From the NCBI GenBank assembly GCA_964572275.1, contig CAZNED010000001.1, forward strand, positions 5,513 to 69,512: a stretch of DNA of 64,000 nt, read 5' to 3'. Position numbers and translations under genes: made by a program. Below the pieces are notes generated by a model. The model ran no database searches. It saw only the letters and a program-made list of their open reading frames with translations, and had not been told where the DNA came from. Origin of the DNA: an uncultured Candidatus Saccharibacteria bacterium. GTDB taxonomy: Bacteria; Patescibacteriota; Minisyncoccia; Minisyncoccales; UBA1441. Positions within the stretch are counted from its first letter, which is position 1, and each line of letters opens with the position of its first letter. Of the stretch, positions 49,299 through 56,673 are shown piece after piece.

Positions 49299-50154
49299 AA
49301 TAATTTAAACCATTACTTATAATTTTAATATCTCCATCTTCATCAGTGCGATGAATAATAATAGAGCGACTAATTAATTTGTCTATCGTTTCCTGCGCCG
49401 GATGACCATATTTATTGTTGGCACCAACTTGAATAATGGCTATTTCTGGGTGAACTATATCCAGAAAATCTTCTTGACTAGAAGAAATACTTCCGTGGTG
49501 AGCTACTTTCATAATGTTACTCGATAGATAATTGCCCCAAGCCAGAATTATTTCTTTTTCACCTTTATCGGTAATATCGCCGGTGAATAAGAAAGCATGA
49601 TTCCCATAACTTAATTTAGTCACGACCGAAATATCATTATGATCCTTTGGGAGATAGCGATAATATGATGTCAATGGATATAATACATCCAATACCATTG
49701 AATCAGATCTAATCCTCTGTCCGGCTTGAGCAATAATAATCTCGCTATCGCCTTTAGCCAACTCATTTTTCCAGAGCTGACAAACAGAATCCAGGCATTC
49801 CACGCCACTCCAAAGAATATAATCTACTTGATATCTATCTAATATTTGAATCAGACCATAAAGATGATCGGCATGAGGATGAGTCAATACTACTAGATCA
49901 ATATGTTGACGCCAAAACGGAATAATCTGGCCTATTTTCCCTAAAATGGTATCATCTGGTCCACCATCTATCAAGATCAAATGTCTTTCGGGAGTTTTAA
50001 CCATAATTGCATCACCCTGCCCTACATCAAAGAATGTTACCTCTAATGACTGCCGATAGAATCCCGAAATTTCCGCCCAAACAAACCAATTGGCAATAGC
50101 CAATAATAAACACCAAAAGACGAAGGAACGGTTCGATATTCTTAAATTAAGCAT
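49291..50154 (-). CDS. ComEC/Rec2-related metallo-beta-lactamase domain protein
   Basis: N-terminal TM, FFDVGQGDAIMV, LTHPHADH, VAHHGS. Confidence 0.8.
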   Translation of the reverse strand: MLNLRISNRSFVFWCLLLAIANWFVWAEISGFYRQSLEVTFFDVGQGDAIMVKTPERHLILIDGGPDDTILGKIGQIIPFWRQHIDLVVLTHPHADHLYGLIQILDRYQVDYILWSGVECLDSVCQLWKNELAKGDSEIIIAQAGQRIRSDSMVLDVLYPLTSYYRYLPKDHNDISVVTKLSYGNHAFLFTGDITDKGEKEIILAWGNYLSSNIMKVAHHGSISSSQEDFLDIVHPEIAIIQVGANNKYGHPAQETIDKLISRSIIIHRTDEDGDIKIISNGLNYYE

Positions 50155-50156
50155 AT

Positions 50157-50768
50157 TTATCTACCTCCTGTCGCTAAAGCTCCAAGCAAAGCAGCTAAAC
50201 GTTTAACGCTCTGCTCTAAATCATCAGGTTTAATGAATTTGATTCCTTCTACTGCTTTCATGTATTCATCCCAACTTATCTTCATCTGATTCAGACCCAA
50301 TAAATAGTAAAGATTCTCTTGTTTCTCACGCTTTTCTTCTTCGCGACAGGCATCGTCGAAAAATCCACCATATCCGATTAAACCGCCTAGAGTTTTTCCG
50401 GTTATACAAATAGGCATCCAGAAAACAATTAATCCATAGTCGCCCTCCATAAAAAAAGATTCTCCTCGAGAAATGATTAATTGTTGAATTTCTAACCATT
50501 CTTGATTAAATTTTTCCTTGATTTTATTATTCAAAGCGATTAAGGAGCCTAAACCAGTAGAACTCATACCCTCACTAACAATCTTATTTTGCTGATCCAA
50601 CACAATCACTCGCCCGCCATATTTATCAGCCAGTTTGACAATTTCTTCTTTGAGTTTGGCTGCAAGAGCTTCTTGCTCAAACAAGGTGCTTATACTCTCC
50701 ATAGTAAATATTATTTTATCATAGCCATCTTCTTTTTCCAACTCATAATCAATGCTATACTGAGCCAA
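50157..50768 (-). CDS. Hypothetical 203-aa protein (possible PocR-like sensory fold, weak)
   Basis: Long ORF in native composition. MPICITGKTLGGLIGYGGFF is faintly PocR-like. No firm family. Confidence 0.5.
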   Translation of the reverse strand: MAQYSIDYELEKEDGYDKIIFTMESISTLFEQEALAAKLKEEIVKLADKYGGRVIVLDQQNKIVSEGMSSTGLGSLIALNNKIKEKFNQEWLEIQQLIISRGESFFMEGDYGLIVFWMPICITGKTLGGLIGYGGFFDDACREEEKREKQENLYYLLGLNQMKISWDEYMKAVEGIKFIKPDDLEQSVKRLAALLGALATGGR

Positions 50769-50786
50769 TAAATTATTATTAATACT

Positions 50787-51122
50787 ATGTCAGAAAACAA
50801 AGTTAACGTTATTAATGAAGAAAATTTTGAGAAGGAAGTAATAAATAATTCCAAGCCCGCTCTCGTTGATTTTTGGGCTCCTTGGTGCCAACCATGCCAA
50901 ATGATGACACCTATTCTGGAAACCGTTGCCGAAGAATTGGGAGATAAAATTAAAATTATCAAGATTGATATCACAGAAAATGAATCTTTGGCTGAGAAAT
51001 TCAATATTTTAAGTATCCCCACCTTAATCGTCTTTCATAAAGGCGAAGAAAAGAAAAGGATTAATGGGTTACAGAACGCTGAGCAGCTTAAAGATTCACT
51101 AAGAGAATTCCTTTTAGTTTGA
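50787..51122 (+). CDS. trxA: Thioredoxin
   Basis: WAPWCQPC active site, 111 aa. Confidence 0.93.
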   Translation: MSENKVNVINEENFEKEVINNSKPALVDFWAPWCQPCQMMTPILETVAEELGDKIKIIKIDITENESLAEKFNILSIPTLIVFHKGEEKKRINGLQNAEQLKDSLREFLLV

Positions 51123-52045
51123 ATATGCCCGAATATCAATTAATTATTATCGGAGGAGGCCCAGCTGGATTAACAGCTGCTACTTACGCTGGTCGGAGCG
51201 GATTAAAGACTTTGCTAATATCAACGCAATTAGGAGGGGGCCTCAATCTGGCGCATAAAGTTCAGAATTTCCCTGGTCAAATCGAGATTGCTGGTCCGGA
51301 ATTGGCTGAAAAAATGTTAGCTCAGGCGAAGAAATGGTCAGCTGAAATTATTACGGCCGAGGTTGTTGATTTAAAGAAAAATGATGATTATTTTGTTATT
51401 CAAACTAAAGAAAATAAGATATATAAGAGTCAAAAATTACTTTTAGCACTAGGAACTCAAAAGAGGAAGTTAAATTTGCCAAATGAAGAAAAATATATTG
51501 GACGAGGCATATCTTACTGCGCTCTCTGTGATGGTCATTTTTTCAAAAATAAAAATGTAGCCGTCTGCGGTTCTGGAGATGCTGCCACCACCACGGCTAT
51601 TTATCTTTCAGATTTAGCAAAAAAAGTTTACCTTATTGCCAGAGGAGAGAATTTGAAATGTAATCCGGATTGGCAAAAAACTGTTCAATCTAAAAAAAAT
51701 ATAGATATTATTTGCGGATATGGAATCAAAGAATTGATTGGCCAAGAAAATTTAACCAATCTAAGATTACAAAATATTCAAGGATCGGTTCAGGAATTAT
51801 CAATTAGCGGACTTTTCGTAGAAATCGGGTCCATGCCCTCATCTTTATTAGCCCAGAAAATTGATCTCGAGCTAGATTCGGAAGGATTTATTAAGATTGA
51901 TCAATCTGGAAAAACCAGTCAACTCAACGTTTGGGCGGCTGGAGATATTACCTCTGGATCAAATAAGCTCTGGCAAGCCATAACAGCGGCAGCAGAAGGA
52001 GCTATTGCGGCTGATAGTATTTATAAGAACTTCAAGGGAAATTAA
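51119..52045 (+). CDS. trxB: Thioredoxin reductase
   Basis: IIGGGPAGLTAA, redox-active CALCDG, GSGDAA, AAGD. Confidence 0.92.
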   Translation: MNMPEYQLIIIGGGPAGLTAATYAGRSGLKTLLISTQLGGGLNLAHKVQNFPGQIEIAGPELAEKMLAQAKKWSAEIITAEVVDLKKNDDYFVIQTKENKIYKSQKLLLALGTQKRKLNLPNEEKYIGRGISYCALCDGHFFKNKNVAVCGSGDAATTTAIYLSDLAKKVYLIARGENLKCNPDWQKTVQSKKNIDIICGYGIKELIGQENLTNLRLQNIQGSVQELSISGLFVEIGSMPSSLLAQKIDLELDSEGFIKIDQSGKTSQLNVWAAGDITSGSNKLWQAITAAAEGAIAADSIYKNFKGN

Positions 52046-52653
52046 TCAGATAAAGATTGTATTATAATCCGATAATCTTTAATTAACGTCGGCTTGAGAT
52101 TGATATTATAAGTAGCCACCGCAGGATGATAGAGCGGAATTATTTTCAGTGAAGATCCATCAAGATTACTAATTTTAAAAACACGAGCTTTCAATAGCGT
52201 AATGCCAGGAATTTTTCCATTTTGGATGGCTTGGTCTTCTAAATGATATTTCCTAATTAAGTAATTCGCTGCGAAATTACCCATGGGGCAAATAATACTT
52301 GGATTTATTATTTCAATTTGACGATCTAAATACGGAACACAGGCAGTAATTTCCTGAGATAGAGGGTTGCGATTATTAGGGGGACGGCATTTGAGAATAT
52401 TTGCGATATAAACATCTGCCCTTTTTAAGCCGATTGCTTCTAAAATTTCAGTTAGGATATTCCCTGCCGCTCCACAAAAAGGACGACCTGTCGCATCTTC
52501 TTGGCGTCCGGGGGCTTCACCAATAAACATAATTTTCGCTCGATGATTACCCTCCCCAATCACCGGGCATTTTCTCGTTTGGCTAAGAGAACATTTGCGA
52601 CAAACGATTACCTCATCTTTGATTTTTTTGAGATTTTGATCACAAAGGTCCAT
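52042..52653 (-). CDS. udg: Uracil-DNA glycosylase, family 4
   Basis: CRKCSL, FIGEAPG..ED, GRPFCGAAG, LYHPA motifs. Overlaps the AMPpase 3' end by 14 nt. Confidence 0.88.
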   Translation of the reverse strand: MDLCDQNLKKIKDEVIVCRKCSLSQTRKCPVIGEGNHRAKIMFIGEAPGRQEDATGRPFCGAAGNILTEILEAIGLKRADVYIANILKCRPPNNRNPLSQEITACVPYLDRQIEIINPSIICPMGNFAANYLIRKYHLEDQAIQNGKIPGITLLKARVFKISNLDGSSLKIIPLYHPAVATYNINLKPTLIKDYRIIIQSLSD

Positions 52654-54157
52654 TACCTTTGTAAATATGATAAATCTTATTTTTCCCTAAGGCTTTTAAA
52701 GCAAAATCCAAGCGAGATTGACTAGTGGCGTAAATAGTGAATAGGACATCTCCTTTTTCTACCGACTCACCCACTAATTTATTCAGATAAGTTCCGGCTT
52801 GTTTAATTGTCGGATTACCAAGAGATCGATTAACCCAGCCCAATGCCTTGTTGTCTATCATGCGGACTGAACCAGTTTCTTCTGCCTTAACTTCATGCAC
52901 GATTCCCCCGATCTTGATAGCCTCTGAATCAATCTTGGGATTACCTCCCTGCGCTTCAATAATTCTTTGCATCTTTTTCCACGCTTTCCCGCTGGATAAA
53001 CATTCTAATGCTTGGCGATGCGCCTCGCTCCCCTTTGCTTTTCCTGTCAATTTTAGCATTTCTGCACAATAGTAAACCGCTTTTTTCTGAAGGTCCATAG
53101 GACGATTCTCTTTTTGTTGTAGAACCCTAAGCACATCTCGAGCTTCCAAAGCCGGACCAATTCCCCGACCTATCGGTCCAAAAGAGGCATAGAAGATAAC
53201 TTTAATCTTCATGTCAAACAATTTGCCAAGGGTCAGGAAGAGTTTTTCTATCTCGTATGCTTCTTCCAAAGACTTGACTTTGGCTGTTGGATTAATAGGA
53301 ATATCGACTAATAAATATTTGACATGCATGGCTGCCTTCTTAGCCATGATACTTGTTACCAATTTACTGAATGGTTCAACTGGTAATTCATTTGCGATCT
53401 CAATAATGCGATCATCTGCCGGAGCAATACCATCCGCTCCCCAAACTAAAAATGCGTTATTCTTAGCTAACAATTGCTTTAATTCTGAAGGTGAAAAACT
53501 AACTGGAGCTAATACTTCAAAGGTATCAGCTGTTCCGGCCGGTGAAGTAACTGCCCGCGAAGATGTCTTGGGTATTGTCAATCCTAGGGCGCTTACAATC
53601 GCAACTATGATGGGCGTAATTCTGTTCCCGGCCAATCCTCCAGTCGAATGTTTATCAACGATCATCTGATCACCAAAATCAAATTGATCACCTGTTTCAA
53701 CCATAGCCTTAGTAAGATGGTACAATTCTTTATCGGAAATGCTACTGAAAAATACTTTTGACAAATAGAAAGCTATAACAGCATCGTCTAAGCGCGAATT
53801 GACTATATCTCGTATGATTGACAAAGTTTCCTCATAATCTAACTCTTCACCCTGAAGTCTTTTAGCAATATATTTTACTGATTCTGGTGTTCCTAACAAT
53901 TGAATTTTAATTAATTCAGCATTTTTAATCTTGGTCTTCTTTTTGAAATCATTACATAGCCCAATTTGACCAGGTTTAATAAGCGTACTCGTTAAATTGA
54001 CTGAAACTACTATCGGAGCACCTCCTTTCCAACCCAAGATGAGGCGATCTTTATCGCGAATATCATGGTCATTGGCATCACGTCGATGCAAATAAACAGC
54101 CAATTCGTCGCCTGTTTGGACATCTACGAATTCCGATCTTAATTTAAAAATAATCAT
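52640..54157 (-). CDS. deoA: AMP phosphorylase (archaeal-type thymidine phosphorylase family with N-terminal extension)
   Basis: 505 aa. KHSTGGLAGN, TSSRAVTSPAGTAD, plus the ~85-aa N-terminal domain typical of AMPpase. Context: next to RuBisCO and R15P isomerase. Confidence 0.85.
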   Translation of the reverse strand: MIIFKLRSEFVDVQTGDELAVYLHRRDANDHDIRDKDRLILGWKGGAPIVVSVNLTSTLIKPGQIGLCNDFKKKTKIKNAELIKIQLLGTPESVKYIAKRLQGEELDYEETLSIIRDIVNSRLDDAVIAFYLSKVFFSSISDKELYHLTKAMVETGDQFDFGDQMIVDKHSTGGLAGNRITPIIVAIVSALGLTIPKTSSRAVTSPAGTADTFEVLAPVSFSPSELKQLLAKNNAFLVWGADGIAPADDRIIEIANELPVEPFSKLVTSIMAKKAAMHVKYLLVDIPINPTAKVKSLEEAYEIEKLFLTLGKLFDMKIKVIFYASFGPIGRGIGPALEARDVLRVLQQKENRPMDLQKKAVYYCAEMLKLTGKAKGSEAHRQALECLSSGKAWKKMQRIIEAQGGNPKIDSEAIKIGGIVHEVKAEETGSVRMIDNKALGWVNRSLGNPTIKQAGTYLNKLVGESVEKGDVLFTIYATSQSRLDFALKALGKNKIYHIYKGNGPL

Positions 54158-54169
54158 TATTTAAAAGTA

Positions 54170-55405
54170 TTAATTAGACCAATAAGTCAATGCGCGAGCT
54201 AAAGCTGGACAGCGTTGTGCAGCTTGTGTCAATGGTTCACCAGAAACTGCGGCATCGATAGCCGCTCTCGCTGCTTCTGCTCCAGCCCGAGACCCGTCGG
54301 GATGACCGTGTATTCCTCCTCCAAAATTAATAATCAGATCTGAGCCAAGAATTTTAATTAGGTCTGGCATTAGACCAGGATGGAGTCCCCCTGAAGCAAT
54401 AGGCATTACTGGTTTTAAATTACCCCATTTCGATCTTAAAAAATTATTAATGGGTAGAACATCCGATGCCTCTCCTTCCATTTTACCGACCACTGTTCCA
54501 GTATGCAACTGATCTATGCCAGCCAACCTGGCCATTTTAGCGACAATAAGCATTGTTTGACCATGTTCGGGTGACCGGCTAAACATTGCGTGCCCGGCTC
54601 GATGTCCATGGATAGACATCTGCGGGAATCTGTCCGTTATTTCTTGTACCCCTGCCCAACCTACTGGAGTGATATCAACCATAATACAGCGACCCCCTTG
54701 ATCGGCAACTAATTCTCCGCGTTTGATCATAAGATCAATTGGGCCAGTAATGTTGAAGGCGTATAATTTTGTTTGTCCGGTCTCTTCTTCAACTTTGTGT
54801 TTTACTTCCATAATTTCGGCCACTCTTTGAGCAAAAGGAGAAATGGATAAATCCGTTAAATTTTCATCATCCTTTATCAAATCAACCCCTCCCATCCAAA
54901 CCTGATATGCCAGCTCCGCATTTTGCTTGGGATTTAATCCTATTTTCGGTTTCATAATAGACCCGACAATCGGACGATCATGAATTCCCATCATTTCTCT
55001 CACTCCTGACAATCCCAGAGTTGGTCCATTAAAATTATTAATATAGTCCGTCGGAAATTCTATATCAAGCGCCCTCAATGCTTTTATCTCTTTCATTGAA
55101 AAGATATTTCCCAAAACGCTTGATGCTAATTGCGGCAGATTGCCCATTTCAAAAAGGTTTAAAGGATAAGCTATTTTAACAATTCTTGTTTCATCATTGA
55201 TTTCATAAACATAAGCCGCCAACTCATCAAATATTTTGGAAGACAATCCACCAACAGGAGTCCACGTCCCAACTGATGATTCAGCTGCAATGTTTTCAGC
55301 CGCTTTAATTAAACTCCCTCCATCTTGAGGAGTAACTAAATAAGTAACCAAAACTTCCTTTTCGAGATTCGGTTTTCTATCAAGATGAATATATGAACAA
55401 TTCAT
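54170..55405 (-). CDS. rbcL: RuBisCO large subunit, short form III-like (411 aa)
   Basis: Catalytic motifs are intact: GTWT, IMKPKIGL, GGVDLIKDDENL, HGHRAGHA, HTGTVVGKMEG, ASGGLHPG, FGGGIHGHP. Confidence 0.92.
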   Translation of the reverse strand: MNCSYIHLDRKPNLEKEVLVTYLVTPQDGGSLIKAAENIAAESSVGTWTPVGGLSSKIFDELAAYVYEINDETRIVKIAYPLNLFEMGNLPQLASSVLGNIFSMKEIKALRALDIEFPTDYINNFNGPTLGLSGVREMMGIHDRPIVGSIMKPKIGLNPKQNAELAYQVWMGGVDLIKDDENLTDLSISPFAQRVAEIMEVKHKVEEETGQTKLYAFNITGPIDLMIKRGELVADQGGRCIMVDITPVGWAGVQEITDRFPQMSIHGHRAGHAMFSRSPEHGQTMLIVAKMARLAGIDQLHTGTVVGKMEGEASDVLPINNFLRSKWGNLKPVMPIASGGLHPGLMPDLIKILGSDLIINFGGGIHGHPDGSRAGAEAARAAIDAAVSGEPLTQAAQRCPALARALTYWSN

Positions 55406-55407
55406 GA

Positions 55408-56352
55408 TTAATCAATTTTAGAATTTACCAGCCAAGGAAAGTGATTTTTTGCTCTATCGCTCAATTCGTTTGGTTTGATAATTCCAAATTCCGTAATATA
55501 GCCGGTCAATAACTGAGCTGGAACCCGATCGAAAGCATAATTAATGATTTTCAATCCTTTAGGCGGATAATCCCATACTTCCGATGGTTTGCGATATTCT
55601 ATCTCAATCTCGGTATGTGGATGATACTTCAACAAGGAAGCGGCCGAATAAAAAGGAACTTTCGCTTCCTGCGCAGCCAGAGCCATGCCATAGCTCCCTA
55701 TCTTATTAACAACCGAACCGTCCGATAAAATCGCATCGGCTCCAATAAGGAATAAATCCATTTCGTATTCTTCACCTGATGCTGAAGAAATGAAAAATCC
55801 TGCTGCTGAATCTGTAACCATTGTTACCGGAATGCCCGCCTTTAAAAGTCGGCTTGATGTTATTCTTCCCTGGAAAAGAGGCCTTGTCTCAGTATTGAAT
55901 ACCTCAAAACTCAAACCTGATTCTTTACCCCTGATTAAAATATCGACTACTGTTGCAGAGTGGCAGTGTAGAAATATTTTCTTTTTATCTTTGATCACTT
56001 CTTGGCCAAAAGCCACTATTTCTTCTCGCGCTCGACTAAGTGCATAAAGAAAATCTACTATTGCTATTTCTAATTGATTGCGTAATTCTGCTATATTATC
56101 GGTATTTTTAAAATTTTCATCCCACAACACGCGACGGACAGCATTGTCCGCCAAAGCTTCTGTTGGCCGCGCTGAACGAAGTTTCTGCGCCGCTTGATTT
56201 ATTTTTTTCAGCCAATCTTCTTTGTTTTTACTGGGTACAGCTAATCCATATCTTTTTAATTCCAACAAAGTCGCCTCAGCTACAGCTGTGGCTCCTTGAA
56301 TTTCAATATTTTTAATCTTCTGATAAGTTTTTTCCAAACTAGCTCGAAACAT
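55408..56352 (-). CDS. Ribose-1,5-bisphosphate isomerase (eIF-2B alpha/beta/delta-like, e2b2)
   Basis: eIF-2B family pattern (IQGATAVA, HCHSATV, ETRPLFQGR, IGADAI..DGSVVNKIGS) and operon context. Confidence 0.85.
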   Translation of the reverse strand: MFRASLEKTYQKIKNIEIQGATAVAEATLLELKRYGLAVPSKNKEDWLKKINQAAQKLRSARPTEALADNAVRRVLWDENFKNTDNIAELRNQLEIAIVDFLYALSRAREEIVAFGQEVIKDKKKIFLHCHSATVVDILIRGKESGLSFEVFNTETRPLFQGRITSSRLLKAGIPVTMVTDSAAGFFISSASGEEYEMDLFLIGADAILSDGSVVNKIGSYGMALAAQEAKVPFYSAASLLKYHPHTEIEIEYRKPSEVWDYPPKGLKIINYAFDRVPAQLLTGYITEFGIIKPNELSDRAKNHFPWLVNSKID

Positions 56353-56373
56353 TTATCTGATTATCGTCATTAT

Positions 56374-56610
56374 TTAATCGTTATGCTTGGAATCTACAGC
56401 AAAAGCTCCGCCCAATAAGAGAATTCCTCCTAAGAACATTCCGACTAAAAAGAACCAAAATAGCCATTGCGGAAATATTCCACTCGCGCCTAAAGAAAGA
56501 ATGGCGAAAGGAACGCCAAAAACAATTAAGAAAAAAGCACCCAATGATGAAAGCTGTTTGCGCGCTCCTATAATTCCAGTATATTTAAAATCAATTTTTT
56601 CTTTTGACAT
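56374..56610 (-). CDS. Small two-TM membrane protein, unknown function
   Basis: 78 aa with two hydrophobic helices, native composition, at the head of the AMP-pathway gene string. Confidence 0.45.
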   Translation of the reverse strand: MSKEKIDFKYTGIIGARKQLSSLGAFFLIVFGVPFAILSLGASGIFPQWLFWFFLVGMFLGGILLLGGAFAVDSKHND

Positions 56611-56673
56611 GATTTTATTAAAAATTAATTAAACTAAGATTAATATAGCATAGAATATATCCTTCAGCCAATC

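Noticed and set aside
50711-51022. 103-aa minus-strand ORF overlapping trxA.
   Set aside because: It is antisense to thioredoxin, which has an intact WCxPC site. The product is low-complexity and hydrophobic and is likely spurious.
53211-53669. 152-aa plus-strand ORF inside the AMP phosphorylase gene (also 52848..53072 and 55790..56047 in neighbouring genes).
   Set aside because: These are antisense shadow ORFs of well-supported genes.
54170-55405. The possibility that the RuBisCO homolog is a non-carboxylating RuBisCO-like protein (form IV).
   Set aside because: The KPK, KDDE, HxHRAxH, GKxEG, SGG and GGG motifs are all intact, and it is flanked by AMPpase and R15P isomerase.
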